This document shows, one piece after another, positions 14,421-27,098 of a DNA stretch of 64,000 bases (its first letter is position 1; the number at the start of each line of letters is the position of its first letter). Position numbers and translations under genes: made by a program. Below the pieces are notes generated by a model. The model saw only the letters and a program-made list of their open reading frames with translations. It was not told the origin of the DNA and ran no database searches. This DNA comes from Mobula hypostoma (lineage: Eukaryota): contig NC_086108.1 in assembly GCF_963921235.1 (NCBI RefSeq), positions 36,458,001-36,522,000 of the forward strand. The letters run 5' to 3'.

Positions 14421-15039
14421 AGGGTGTATTCAGATACGAGTATTTATTTTCAATTGAGGTGGTTTGCCAAGAAATAACTGGTGAATTCCTGTCTTTGAAA
14501 TAATAGTTTTAAAAATCTCGTCCTCTTACTACAATCTAAAAGCTTTTAAGGAATGCGAAACAAGTCTTTACTGATTAGTAAATCCTAGACTGATGAAGAG
14601 CACTAAAACTGGAAATTAGAAAATTTTTCTTCATACATGAAGATTACTAGAACATTTTACCAGAGAAGAGCGATTGGATGATTTGTGCAAAGGGAGAATG
14701 GAAAGCATATAGTGAAAGGCAGATGATGAGTTTCAGTGGTTGTATTTAGAAAATCTGGTATGAACAATGGCCAGAATTAACCACCTTCTCAGCTGTATTT
14801 GCTGAGATTTTTGTCAGTGTCAGAAACAGCCCTGCTCTGTTTGCATTCATTCTTTCACAGACATTCCTGTGTAGGCATTCTTTCCCTACGGTTTTTGTAT
14901 TTATTTGTGTCTTCTGTGCTTTTTGCATGCCTAGCTGTTCCAACGTTTCAGCTTTTGCTTAAAAAAGCCAATCCTTCTTGATGTTCACTTCCTTGGGTAC
15001 ATCACATTGGGATACACTGCTGTCATTTACTTCAATATA

Positions 15040-16610
15040 CAAGATGCAGATTTATTCATCATCGAAATGTACAGCAAAACGCTTCATTTTGGGTTAACAA
15101 CAAATACACTTAAGGATGTGGTGGAATAGCCCGCAAGTGTCGCCACATTGTCCAGTGCCAATATGGCATGCCCACAGTACTCAGCAGAACACAACGGCAA
15201 AACTTGCCCCTTCTACCCACCCTCCCGTGCACATACCCAGTCCCCTACCCATAGGATAGGCCATCTTTGGCATCCGGTGGATCCTGATTCACAGATATTG
15301 GGCCGTCGACTTCTCCAGTGGACCTGGTTCGCAGGCTTGGAGCTCCAGTCATCGGGTCTTCACTTTCAGAGCTCTGATCGATCTTTATACTTTATTGTCG
15401 CCAAACAATTGGTACGATCATCACAGCGATATTTGATTCTGCGCTTCTCGCTCCCTGAATTACAAGTATTAAATATTAAAAATAGTAAAAATTAGTAAAT
15501 ATTAAAAATTTAAATTATAATTCATAAATAGAAAAATGGAAAGTAAGGTAGTGCAAAAAAACCCGAGAGGCAGGTCTGGATATTTGGAGGGTATGGCCCA
15601 GATCCGGGTCAGGATCCGTTCAGCAGTCTTATCACAGTTGGAAAGAAGCTGTTCCCAAATCTGGCTATATGAGTCTTCAAGCTCCTGAACATTCTCCCGG
15701 AGGGAAGAGGGACGAAAAGTGTGTTGGCAGGGTGGGTTGTGTCCTTGATTATCCTGGCAGCACTGCTCCGACAGCGTGTGGTGTAAAGTAAGTCCAAGGA
15801 CGGAAGATTGGTTTGTGTGATGTGCTGCGCCGTGTTCACAATCTTCTGCTGCTTCTTTCGGTCTTGGACAGGACAACTTCCATTCCAGGTTGTGATGCAC
15901 CCTAGAAGAATGCTTTCTACGGTGCATCTATAAAAATTAGTGAGGGTTTTAGGGGACAGGCCAAATTTCTTTAGTTTTCTCAGGAAGTAAAGGCGCTAGT
16001 GGGCCTTCTTGGCAGTGAACTTGTCAGTGAAGTCAGGTCATTTGTGATATTGACCCCAAGGAACTTAAAGCTTTTGACCTGTTCCACTTGTGCACCACCG
16101 ATGTAAATTGGGTCGTGCGGTCCGCTACTCCTTCTGAAGTCAACAACCAATTCCTTCGTCTTGCTGACGTTGAGGGATAGGTTATTGTCTTCGCACCATG
16201 CCAACAGGTTCTTAATTTCCTCTCTGTATCAAACTCATCATTACCCGAGATATGGCCTACAATTGTTGTGTCATCAGCAAAATTATATAGAGAGTTTGAT
16301 GGAAACTTGGCTACACAATCATGGGTGTACCATGAGTACAGCAGGGGGCTGAGTACACAGCCTTGTGGGGCACCGGTGCTCAGAGTGATTGTAGAGGAGA
16401 GCTTGGCCCCTATTTTTACAGCCTGGGTCCCGTCTGTGAGGAAGTTGAAGATTTGGGCCTCGATCTCGGCATCAAACCCAGGACCTCTCACTCATCAACC
16501 ACCAGGCCTCAAACTCTGGATTCCCCCTTGGAGGGACCCTGAATACTAGGCCTCAAACTGCAGACACAACGATTTCCATGGCCAGTTCCTCTCGTCTCCT
16601 TTTCCTCTGC
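15040..16610 (-). mobile_element. Older ORF-less non-LTR-type repeat split by the Rex1 insertion (pieces ~15040-15375 and ~16455-16610)
   Basis: Rex-like minus-strand tail (plus strand AGATTTATTCATC) and similar GC-rich GGCCTC-containing sequence on both sides of the Rex1 copy. Confidence 0.45.
15376..16452 (-). mobile_element. Rex1/Babar LINE, 5'-truncated, relatively young
   Basis: ORFs 16033-16491 (STGAPQGCVLSPLLYSWYTHDC...NFADDTT), 15980-16204 (WCEDNNLSLNVSKTKELVVDFRR) and 15609-15839 (HPANTLFVPLPSGRMFRSLKTHIARFGNSFFPTVIRLLN); 3' end GGCGACAATAAAGTATAAAGATCGATC. Confidence 0.95.
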
Positions 16611-16914
16611 AATAGAATCAAAAGAATCTTGCAATGCGGAATGAGACCATTCAGTCCATAGAACCTGTGCTTCTCCTTTGTAAGAGATTATTTACATCCA
16701 CTTTTCAGCAGTGGTTCAAACATTGCAATGCAGAATAGTTGGGACCAGCAGCATACTTCCATCCTGACAAGCTTCCCACAATAATTACTTCATCTCTCAA
16801 TCCTATTGTCTAAATTTAATGTGAAGATAATATTGGAAGGGTTTTGTTGTAGGGAGGGAGAGAAGTTTTCCAGTGAGACTGAACGTTAGATGCGATTAGC
16901 TTTAAGTAATGTTG

Positions 16915-16970
16915 TTTTACTTAGTGTCAATTCAGCTAAGCTTTCTTAGCTGAATTGACTCTAAGTAAAA
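16915..16970. repeat. Near-perfect inverted repeat (26-bp stem, 1 mismatch, 4-nt loop)
   Basis: TTTTACTTAGTGTCAATTCAGCTAAG-CTTT-CTTAGCTGAATTGACTCTAAGTAAAA. Confidence 0.95.
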
Positions 16971-17456
16971 AAGCAGTTATTTCTTAATAGAAGTATATTA
17001 AACCTGTATCATACTGAGCGCAGTGCCCAGCTGTTGATTTGAATTATAGATGAACCTGCTACACAATTCTGGCAAATGTACAGGGGTGACTGCAATGCCA
17101 AAAGTTAATTTCTTTCAGACATTGTGGGCCATAGTATCTTGACATATGGACTTTCATGGGCATTTTTTTCCCCTGGGCAGGTTTAAAAACAAACTAGAAT
17201 GTGGTCTTCTGAGAGCATGAACCCAACACTACTTTTGTGAAGACTTACATTCTTACAGAGGGAAGGAAAATGCAAATTTAAAGGCTAATATTATGCTGCT
17301 CTATGGTTATTGGTAGGGATATTCTGAAACTCTCAGTTAAATAACGTTTAGGACAATCATTACATGTTGAGAAACCTCCATTTTGTAAAATATATTTCAA
17401 TTTAATCCAGGCTGGTTTGCTCTTTTTATTAAGATTTGCGAGAGAGCAGCTACAAG

Positions 17457-17727
17457 GCCTCCATGGTAGCATAGCGGTTGGTGTGATGCTAGTACAGCTT
17501 GGGGTATCAGAGTTTGGAGTTCAATCCCGGCCTCCTCCGTACGTCCTCACCAGGGAATGTATGAGATTTCACTGGACGCTCCAGTTTCCTCCCACAGTCC
17601 AATGACGTACCAGGTAGAGTAACTGGTCATTGTAAGTTGTCCCGTGATTAGGTTTAAGGTTGCCGGGGCAGCGTGGCTCGAAGAGCCAGAAGGGCGTACT
17701 CCACACTGCATCCCTAAATAAAAAAAG
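17457..17727 (+). mobile_element. tRNA-derived V-domain (HE1-type) SINE
   Basis: A box TAGCATAGCGG, B box GTTCAATCCC, V-domain core CCAGTTTCCTCCCACAGTCCAATGACGT, tail CTAAATAAAAAAA. Confidence 0.85.
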
Positions 17728-17849
17728 TTGCCGGCTTTCAGAGCTCCACCCATATTAATGGTAATATCCTTGGTAAGGATTGCAGCTATTGCCCGCCAAT
17801 CGTCATTGATTGTGGGATTATTCCTTGGGACTGAGAGTTTGTGCTTAAT

Positions 17850-18340
17850 GCTTAAGTAATTAGAACAGTATAAGATAGCCAGATAGTTCAATAGATGATT
17901 AGAAGCTGTACTGGATATCTTCTTTATTGGCCAAAGCATAGAATATAGAAGTTGGACTATAATTGTGTACGTGCTAGTTATGTCATAGCTTGAGGACTGC
18001 ATACTGTTTTGGTAATCACATTACAGGAAAGGGAGTGTGTGGAGAAGTTTTATGAGAATGTTGTCAGGACTGAAAAATACCAGCAGTGAGAAAAGATTGG
18101 ATAGGCTAGGGGTCTTCCCTTTGCAGCAGAAGAGGCTGATTGGAGATTTAAGGAGGGGCTTAGATGGGGTAAACCAGAGAGTCATATTTCCTTTTATAGA
18201 GGAATAAGAAGACAGGGAACCTGTATTTAAAGTAATAGGTAGGTGGCTGCAGATAGGGGGATGGGGTGCTATGAAGGAGGGATTTTCCAACTAGTGGATA
18301 GTGGATATTAGAATTATATTCCTGAAAGAGTGGAGGAGGC
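17850..18340 (+). mobile_element. CR1 LINE, old degenerate 3' fragment
   Basis: Remnants of CR1 RT C-terminus: GGCATAGAATATAGAAG, TTTATGAGAATGTTGTCAGGAC, AGATTGGATAGGCTAGG, AGAAGAGGCTGATTGGAGATTTA. Confidence 0.65.
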
Positions 18341-18569
18341 GGAAATACATGGTGCCCCACTGTTCTCCAGTATTCTGCATCTGTCACATTTTGTCTGAAA
18401 TATTATCAGCCAGCAGCTTCCGATGAAAAAAGGGTATTTCTTAAATTAAAGGAGATCACTTCAACTGGAGGATTCAGAACCAAAGCTATCTTTTAATAAT
18501 TGTTAAACTACGTTTTTAAACGGGGATACGGGCTTTGTCTTATCACAGCAGCTAAATATGTAGGTTTTT

Positions 18570-19140
18570 CTCATTGGAATTTGGAAGAATTGGAGTGGAT
18601 ACCTTAGTGATCGTGAAGGATTCTGGCAAGCTGAACATTAAGATATTTCCTCTTGTGAGAGATGTGGCATGGAAGCATAGCAGTTCGCATAACGTGATCA
18701 CGGTGCCAGTGACCTGGATTCAGTTCCACTGCTGCCTGTATGGAGTTTGCATCTTCTCCCTGTGGAAGTGTGTGTTTCCTCCAGGTGCTCTAATTTTTCT
18801 CCCACTTTCCGATGACGTGAGAATCAGACAGTTGACATGGTAACATGGGTGTAATTGACCCAGGCTTGTTTGGCCAGAAGAGTTACCGTGCTGAATCTCT
18901 AAATAATTATAAAAGGCTCCATGATCATTAAAAAGCCGAGTTGTTTAGGAATTTCTTCTTACAGAGGATGGTCTCAATCAAGAATTCTCTACCCAGAAGG
19001 TGGAGGAGGCAAGGTGATTGGGAATATTTAATGAGGAGTTAAACAAATGTTCGAAGGATGGAGAAATTGAGGGTTATCTGAAATTGATCCAGAAGAGAAG
19101 TTGAAGCCTGGGCACTCAGTCATGATTGTCAGAGGCCAGA
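18570..19140 (+). mobile_element. Old CR1 3' fragment interrupted by a V-SINE
   Basis: TTGGAATTTGGAAGAATT...ATATTTCCTCTTGTG before the SINE; AATTTCTTCTTACAGAGG...AATTCTCTACCCAGAAGG after it. Confidence 0.6.
18666..18905 (+). mobile_element. tRNA-derived V-domain SINE
   Basis: GGCATGGAAGCATAGCAG head, GGATTCAGTTCC B-box-like motif, GGAGTTTGCATCTTCTCCCTGTG...TTTCTCCCAC V core, tail CTCTAAATAA. Confidence 0.75.
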
Positions 19141-19169
19141 CAGCTTATTATTTTGGGTACACTATTTGT

Positions 19170-19390
19170 TTTTTAATTCCCACATGCCCATCGACTCTTC
19201 CCAGATTCTACCATTCACCTACGCCTCAAGGACAATATTCAGCAGCCAGTAAGTGACCAACCTGCAAAGGCTCTGGGTTGTGGATGAAACCAAAACTCAT
19301 GTAGGAAACCCATAGGAAGAACATGCAAACACCATAGATCACTGGAATTGTGAGGCAGCAGCTCCGCCAACTCTAGGAATGTGCCACTGG
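19170..19390 (-). mobile_element. V-domain SINE, degenerate
   Basis: Plus strand GGATGAAACCAAAACTCATGTAGGAAACCCATAGGAAGAACATGCAAAC is the reverse complement of the V core. Confidence 0.6.
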
Positions 19391-20290
19391 AGCAATACAA
19401 CTTCCTGATTGGACATCAGGTTGAAATTCAGTGTTGAGTTTGCTTCATGATCACAGGTAAACCTTGCAATAAAATGGTTAGTGTCTCACCCAGCAACAGC
19501 AGGCCCTGCTTTAAGAGAGGAGTTTGGGAAAAAATGAGATCTAAATGAGATTGCTTTTGCAACGGAGTGAATAAGCACAAACCTTTACAAATTGGGTGAG
19601 TTATGATTTTGTATCAAAGTTATTTGCCACCTCCCCTTACCACTTGGCTGCAGTTGATATCTCTGAATATCACAGCTATAATAAGTCCTCCACTGGCAAC
19701 CGTCCATTGATCAGTAACTTCAATGGACACAAATACGGTAGTTATAGGAACTATTATGAGTATTTTACAATGAATGATTCCCTTTTGATCTTCCCAACAT
19801 TTTTCTAACATCTGTTATTGATTAGGAGGTGGGAGACACAAAGTCAAGACAATGAATATAGATTTGAATTGGCAGGAAGCGACAGGTAGTGATTTGTATA
19901 GGACTTTGGTCATTATAGCCGAGACCGTGTTTAATACTCAATTATAACTTCTTTAAAAGGTTATGACGAGGTTTCTGATACAGCAAGTGGTGTGTAACTG
20001 AGGGAGAAATAATGGTGTCCCTTTGTGGCAGTTACCCTTGTCCATCAAAATGATGAGGTTATGAGTCTGGAGGTTCAGTACTGTCAAAGACGCTTAGGCA
20101 AATCGCTCTTCTGAATTCTCCTGTTGGTGTTCAAAGCAGCCATGGTGTTCTGGAACAAAAATCATATCAACATACCAGTTAGAAGCAGTTGTTTGTTCTC
20201 ACTCTTCTGAACTCCAGCTGATACAAACCTAGCCTGTCTGACCTTTCCTCAATGGACAATCCACTCAATTCTGGTATTAGTCTCACAAAC

Positions 20291-21195
20291 CTTTGCTGAT
20301 GACACAAAGGTTGGGGGTGTTGTGGATAGTGTGGAGGGCTGTCAGAGGTTACAGTGGGACATTGACAGGATGCAAAACTGAGCTGAGAAGTGGCAGATGG
20401 AGTTCAACCCAGGTAAGTGTGAGGTGGTTCATTTTGGTAGGTCAAATATGTTGACAGAATATAGTATCGGTAAGACTCTTGGCAGTGTACAGGATCAGAG
20501 GGATCTTATGGTCTGAGTCCCTAGGACACTCAAAGCTGCTGCACAGGTTGACTGTGTGGTTAAGAAAGCATACGGTGCATTGGCCTTCATCAATCATGGG
20601 ATTGAGTTTAGGAGCCGAGAAGTAATGTTGTAGCTTTATAGGACCCTGGTCAGATCCCACTTGGAGTACTGTGCTCAGTTCTGGTCACCTCACTACAGGA
20701 AGGATATGGAAACCATAGAAAGGGTGCAGAGGAGATTTACAAGGATATTGCCTAGATTGGGGAGCATGCCTTATGAGAATAGGTTGAATGAACTCGACCT
20801 TTTCTCCTTGGAGCGACGGAGAATGAGCGGTGACCTGATAGAGATGTATAAGATGATGAGAGGCATTGATCGTGTGGATAGTCAGAGGCTTTTTCCCAGG
20901 GCTGAAATGGCTAGCATGAGAGGGCACAGTTTTAACGTGCTTGGGAGTAGGTACAGAGGAGATGTCAGGGGTAAGTTTTTTATGCAGAGAGCGGTGAGTG
21001 CGTGGAATGGGCTGACGGTGATGCTGGTGGAGGCGGATACAATCGGGTCTTTTAAGAGACTCCTGGATAGGTACATGGAGCTCAGAAAAATAGAGGGCTA
21101 TGTGTAAGCCTAGTAATTTCTAATGTAAGGATATGTTCGGCACAGCTTTGTGGGCTGAAAGTCCTGTATTATGCTGTAGGTTTTCTGTGTTTCTA
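20291..21195 (+). mobile_element. CR1 LINE, 5'-truncated
   Basis: Starts at FADDTK codons; ORF 20661-21107 EYCAQFWSPHYRKD...ERVQRRFTR...GDLIEMYK...WN; tail TTTTCTGTGTTTCT. Confidence 0.95.
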
Positions 21196-21461
21196 AATCT
21201 GGGTCAGAGTGTTAGATAACAGGCACACCCATCAAACGGCTTTTTTTCTAAATAGTGTTGATGTTTGTGAATGTTTTTGGATCTCTACCTAATCAGGAAT
21301 GTGGAGAATATCCCACTGTGCTCCTGATTTCTGCTTGCTGGGTAGAAAGATAGGAAACTGCCAAAGAACATAAAATAGGAAGATATTTTACAGATACAAA
21401 TTTTAAAATGGCTAGAGTAGGCCTCTACAAGATAGACAGGACAACACAGTTAATAATATCT

Positions 21462-22235
21462 TTCCAGATTGTTCAATGTCATTTCCAGTACACAAGTGTA
21501 AAGGAGAACAAAATAATTGTTACTCTGGATCTAATGCAGCACAAAAAACATGATAAAGGTAAAGAACACAATAAAAAAACACAATAAATAAAAATACATA
21601 AGATAGCTTAGATACATTGTATGTACATAAGTAACTGTACATAGGTGACTCTGACAGGAAAGGATAAAGTATTGGTGGTGGGTGGGTTAGTGGGTGGAGG
21701 TGTTGATCAGCCTTACTGCTTGCGGAAAGTAACTGTTTTTGAGTCTGGTGGTCCTGACGAGGATGCTATGTAGTCTTTTCCCTGATGGGAGTGGGACAAA
21801 CAGTCAAAAAAAAAAATAGTTTGAGCTGCAAGCAGTAGACTAGATTTCTAACTGCCTGATGGAGTTGACGGGTAACTAATCACAGTGGGGGAAAAAGGTA
21901 GATAGTGTTGTTCCACAAAGATAGGTGCAGAGTAGGTGGGATCCTTCATGATATTGCTGGTCTTTTCCTGGCAGCTTTCTGTATATATCTCCTTAATGTG
22001 GGTAGGCTGATACCAGTGATCCAATGGGGAGCTTCACTACTTGTGGAGCTGTCCTCTCCACTGCAGGCACTTTCCGTACCACGCAGTGAAGCCGCATGTG
22101 GGGTGCTCTCTACTGCGTATCTGTAGAAGGTGGTATGAATGTGCATAGTCCAACTCTGTCCAGCCTCCTCAGAAAGCAGAGGTGTTGGTGAGCTTTTTTG
22201 ATTGTTTAGGATGTGTTCTGGGACAATGAGAGGTC
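21462..22235 (-). mobile_element. Rex1/Babar-like LINE, degenerate 3' part (same family as 6714-7640)
   Basis: TTFYRYAVES motif in ORF 21946-22284; shares TTCCAGTACACAAGTGTAAAGGAGAACAA and GTAACTGTTTTTGAGTCT with 6714-7640. Confidence 0.85.
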
Positions 22236-23434
22236 CCAGAAGACCAGACCATGAAAATATGAAAATAAATGAAATATTGAACAAGTATTTAATTTTGTAT
22301 TAGCTTAGTATTTAATATATAATGTGGACACAATACTAAATAATGAGCTACATAAAGAAGTGAATGCATTTAAAAATGAAAAGTGATAGTAGTAGATAGG
22401 ATTATCGAACTCAAAGATAGATTCTCTGGTCCAGATGGAATAATCTTGCATTTTAAAATATTTTAGAGAAGAGATAGCACAGACATTCCTACATGTACTT
22501 AATAATTTGTTGGAAAGAGGTTTGTCAGCATAGATTGGAAGAGCAATAGTCCTTGCACCTATCTTTGTGAAACAGCACTACCTTCCTTTTCGCTGTGATT
22601 AGCTGCCCTTTACTCCATTTATAAGTTTTATGACCATCGAGTTAGAAATCCAGTCTGCTGCTTGCAGCTTAACCCATATTTTTGACTTTATCATTAGACT
22701 ATCATGAGGAGTCTTATCAAAAACCCTTCGAAACCTAAACAAAATTACATCCATGCATGAGGATTTAATTGCCAATTAATTGTCATGGTCCATTATCTTT
22801 GTTGCTTCCAAAAATATTTGAAAAGGATGTCTAAACAGAATGTTTCCTTTTTAAGATATTGAAATGTTCCTAATTTAAATGTATCATACTAACAATAATC
22901 AAAGATTTACAGATTTGAAAGAGCAGAACAAGTTTTTAAATTGGGGAGAATATGAAAAAAGTTGGCCATGATAGACTAGCCACAAATACTGATTATGTTC
23001 TGCGTTGCTTTTTTGTATCTTCATCTATCCATGCTCTCTCTTTGGAGCTCAACTTGTGCCTGCGCTCTGTGCCAAGCTGCCCCATAATTATTACTTACCA
23101 ATGTTGTTGGCAATTTCTTTCTCCCAAATTCTAGTTTCAGCTGTCAAAATTAAAGTCTTCGTCATCTATCTGGGTATTTTTCTAACTTTTTAACTTATTC
23201 TAGTAGTTTCCTACAACTGATTTAGGATGAAAGACAAAATTATTTCCTGTTTATCTCTACTATCCTCCTTAAATAATATTCTTTGGTAAATTTTTTCCCT
23301 TGGAGCTCTATCATTTTAAATGTCCTAGTTTCTTCATCATCATGTATTTTACATACTGGATATTGAAAGAAGTTGATTTTCCCATTGATTTATTCATGTC
23401 CTTGTGTGTTACCCTCATCTTCTACTTTGATGAG

Positions 23435-23504
23435 GCAGAATCAAATATCGCGTGATGATTGTACGCTCTAGTATCAATTGTTTGGCGACAATTAAGTAAA
23501 GAAG
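23435..23504 (+). mobile_element. ~70-bp 3' tip of the Rex1 family at 15376-16452
   Basis: GCAGAATCAAATATCGCGTGATGAT...CAATTGTTTGGCGACAATTAAGTA matches the reverse complement of ~15383-15442. Confidence 0.85.
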
Positions 23505-25349
23505 TCACCCATGTCCTGATTTCCAATTTCACAGGCCGTTAGGGGTTCACATTACTTTTATGTGCATTTAAAGATATTTGAAATATCCTTGACTGTTGCC
23601 TCTGATGTTCTTTAAAAGATTTTTCTTGTGTTTCCTCCTTCTCTCATTGCCATTTCTCTTGCTCTCCTTTACCATCCTTCACATTACTCCTGTCAGTAAG
23701 ACCTTAGCTGTTGTATCAACTCACATGTTCAGCTTTATTCTCTTACTCCTTTCTGATCAACAATGTTTAATTAATAAAGTAGAGCTCCAGTCCTTTAGAG
23801 GTGTGTGCACTCTTATGAGGTTTGAAAAAAATGTACTCAGAACCACAGGTAACAGTGAACAATCAGTTAGTTATTGTGTTCAGTGTATCGTGACCAATTC
23901 CTGTCAAGTCCTTCTAAAATCATTCTTACTTGGTTCGTGACTCAACCTTCACTCTTGTAACCTTCAAACGTAATATCGAATTCTATGAAATTGTTTTCAC
24001 TGTTACTATGAAGGTCCCTTACTGTTAGATTATGGACTCAGAGAAGCCCTTTGCTCTATGATCCCCTCATGCTGATTCATAAGATTGTCCTGAATAAAAA
24101 AACATTGCTGCCCGTGGGATTTGAGCAGTTCTGCTTCTCCCTGTGAAATAAAGTCTCCTATTTTAAGCACTGAGTTTTTATAACTGCTAAGACTAAAGCC
24201 TGACCACCAAAACAGCTAGACAGGTATTATGCAACTGATCGAAAAGGTCAAATGTACAAATATCCCACGTCCAAGTCTTTAAGTTTCCTCTTTTAACATC
24301 ATCACACACATTCAGAGACACCAGTAGAAATCTGTAATTGCATCCCAGCAACTAATCACAAGTACTTTTTACAGATTTGCATCAAACAAATTGCTTGAGA
24401 TTTATTAAAAATTTACCAAAAAGTATTCCCGGGGCAAGCTTTCCCCCTCCCCCGATGGTGCGATTGCTATTCTAAAACTTGACTTTGTTTTATGGTTTTC
24501 CCAGGTTTGGTTTGATTATTAAGCACACAAGCAATGTATGGGAAGCAAAAAATATATATTGGTTAGTTTAAAATCTAACTGCGAGTAGTTCATTGCGAGT
24601 TCATTCCCTGGATGGATGGATAAATGGCTTTTCTCATCTGTACTTATCAGCTGATTTGATCTGTGCACCACAACTGCTGTATACTATTTTCCTCACAGCA
24701 TGCACTTAACTACACAGATTCAGACAGGTAGTCACTAAATCTAAACAGGCAGCTCTGCTCAGTTACAGTACTGCTGGATTCATGGCAGTCTTTTATTTTA
24801 TCTCCTGCTTGGATTTAGCAGTCAAACTTTAGTATTGAGGTTAAAGTAAATATTGATTCTGGTTGCGAATTAGTTTTAACCTTGCCATAAGGTTGTATGA
24901 AACCAGAGACCATCTTTCTTAATGAATCATTTTTTATTTACTGCAAGGTCAGAACTTTAAAATAGGAATGCTAGTTTTAAAGAGCATTTTCAGTCACTGG
25001 GTTTTTATTTCTTTGCACGAGCAGAGTACTATGGATTATTTTTAATATGGCTCTCTCTTTGTTGACTGTATCTTGTAGTTGTACTGGGAATACTAATGTG
25101 AAAGCGAGTTCAGCGAAACACTATACACTGTAGACATCTAACCTGTGGAGATCTCCTTGCATTCTGCTTGTGGTGAATGTGTTAACATCCAGGACAATCG
25201 GCATTAGGACTGCAAATCTGTCCAATTGTTGTTAAAGTTCACATTGAACTTCTTCCATTTTAGGAGTTAAATTGACCGATGAAGTTTGGTATGATGCACT
25301 GGCATGGCTAATAAAGCTTCTGCTGAAATCCTAGCTTCAAAACTGGTAC

Positions 25350-25560
25350 CTCTTCTTCGATGTCTGCGTGAGTTTCCCCAGGTGATCCTGTTTCATCACA
25401 CAGAAAAAACATACTCAGAGATTAGCTATGAACTGGGCTGAGTGTAGGCGAGTGGTAGAATGTGGAATGAGTTGATGGGAATGTGGGGATAACAGGTTAC
25501 AGAAAAAAATTGTGGCAAAATGGAATTGCTCTGTGACTCAATGGCCATTGTGGGGAAATA
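25350..25560 (+). mobile_element. V-domain SINE remnant
   Basis: TCTGCGTGAGTTTCCCCAGGTGATCCTGTTTC...GTGTAGGCGAGTGGTAGAAT...GAGTTGATGGGAATGTGGGGA, parallel to 26790-27098. Confidence 0.55.
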
Positions 25561-26289
25561 TGGGATAATGCTACTCAAACATAGTTTGACTTAACCCCAA
25601 CTCTGAAGAAGACACCTACCACCCTAATCATTCTCCTTTCTCAGTCTATTGGTACAGAATTATATCTGACTGGGTGATCAAATTGAGATGATTAATGGAC
25701 TTAAATAAATATGAGTCATGTATTCTCAATGGATTCTCGTTTCTAATGTTTTGCAGATTATGGTAACCGACAAACGTAAAGACATGAGTCCTATAGCAAG
25801 CTTATTCAAAGGCTCTTCACAGATTGCTTTAGTACTTTCTGTATATGCATTGTTGCAGCCCCCTAGGGCAGTAGTCACAAAATACAATCTATAAAATGGT
25901 GACAACCTTAGAGCCACAATTATTTTTCCCACAAACTATGTTACATTTATTATAACAGGATGGTTAGAATGTATTAGATCTGAAAGGCATAAGCTCACAA
26001 ACCAGCTAGGCTAACAGGGCTGAACATATTCTCTATGCCAAAGGTAGTGGAAATCTGGATCACACTCTCCCAATAAACTTTGAGGCACAAGCTGTGAGAA
26101 TGGTTCAGTTTTTCTCTCTTCACTGGTACAACCTGACCATCTATTTCCAACACATTGCTTTCTGTGTCCATGTTATCCTGGATAAACCATTTGACTGAGA
26201 ATCTCAACAAATCATTGCCATGGCAACCCTGGCCTAACTCTATCAGATGCATTTCCTTTACCTTCTCCATCACTGACCCACCGTCTCTA

Positions 26290-26435
26290 CAATCGTTTTC
26301 TCTCTTTCCCCAGTTCTGATGAAGGGTATTCAGAATGAAATGCTAAATTTGTTTCTGTCTCTGCAGATGCTGACTGATCCATTGGGTGTTACCAGCATCT
26401 CCCGCTTTCATTTCAGGTTCTCGGCATCTGCAGTT
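26290..26435 (+). mobile_element. Penelope-derived terminal-repeat fragment
   Basis: CAGTTCTGATGAAGGG...GAAA...CAGATGCTGACTGA...CCAGCATCT; same family as 28075, 30029 and 39240. Confidence 0.65.
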
Positions 26436-26789
26436 AATTTTAACATCCGATCTACTTTGCTCTTCATCTGATCGTTCTGTCTGTCCTATTTCTATAGGAC
26501 CTTCCTTTAGATGATACATCAAGCTGTCATCTTGCCAGCTAACTCACAATCCATCAGACCTCTTGAACAGCATGAAGCAATGTTTCTGTCAGTTGGATAA
26601 ATGAAGTATGTCAAAAGAAAGCATAATAGTTGTTGTTTCTGACCACTTGGGAAGTTGTTACTAAATGTCAGTGTGGATCGCCATACTGAGAACGTGAAGA
26701 CATTCAGCCCCGGATGATGGTCACCCTTTCAATAAAATAGAAATCTTGAGAACTGCCTTGGATCTGTTATATTAACCCTATTTCACTTT

Positions 26790-27098
26790 GGGTGGTGCAG
26801 TTAGTGGTGTTGCTGCCTTACAGTGCCAGAGACCCAGATTCGTTCTTGACCTTGGCTGCCGTCTAGTGGAGTTTTAGTGCTGTGGAGTTTCATGTGTTAC
26901 TTCCCGAGTCCCAAAGGCATGGATTGGTAGGTGAATGATCACTGTAAATTGTCCCTTGTGGGTAAATGAGTGGTAGAATCTGAGGGAATATAATAAGAGT
27001 AGGGGGAGACTAAATGTTGGATTAGTGTGAATGGGTTGTCGATGGCTGATGTGGACTCAACGGCTGAAGGTCTTATTTCTGTGATATTTCTATGACTA
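26790..27098 (+). mobile_element. HE1-like tRNA/V-domain SINE with CR1-type tail
   Basis: GGTGGTGCAGTTAGTGG...CAGTGCCAGAGACCCAGATTCGTTC head; TCCCAAAGGCATG...TGTAAATTGTCCC; tail GGCTGAAGGTCTTATTTCTGTGATATTTCTATGACT. Confidence 0.75.

Noticed and set aside
23596..23940. 114-aa hydrophobic ORF
   Set aside because: TTG start in pyrimidine-rich sequence that explains the F/L/S bias; no supporting gene structure
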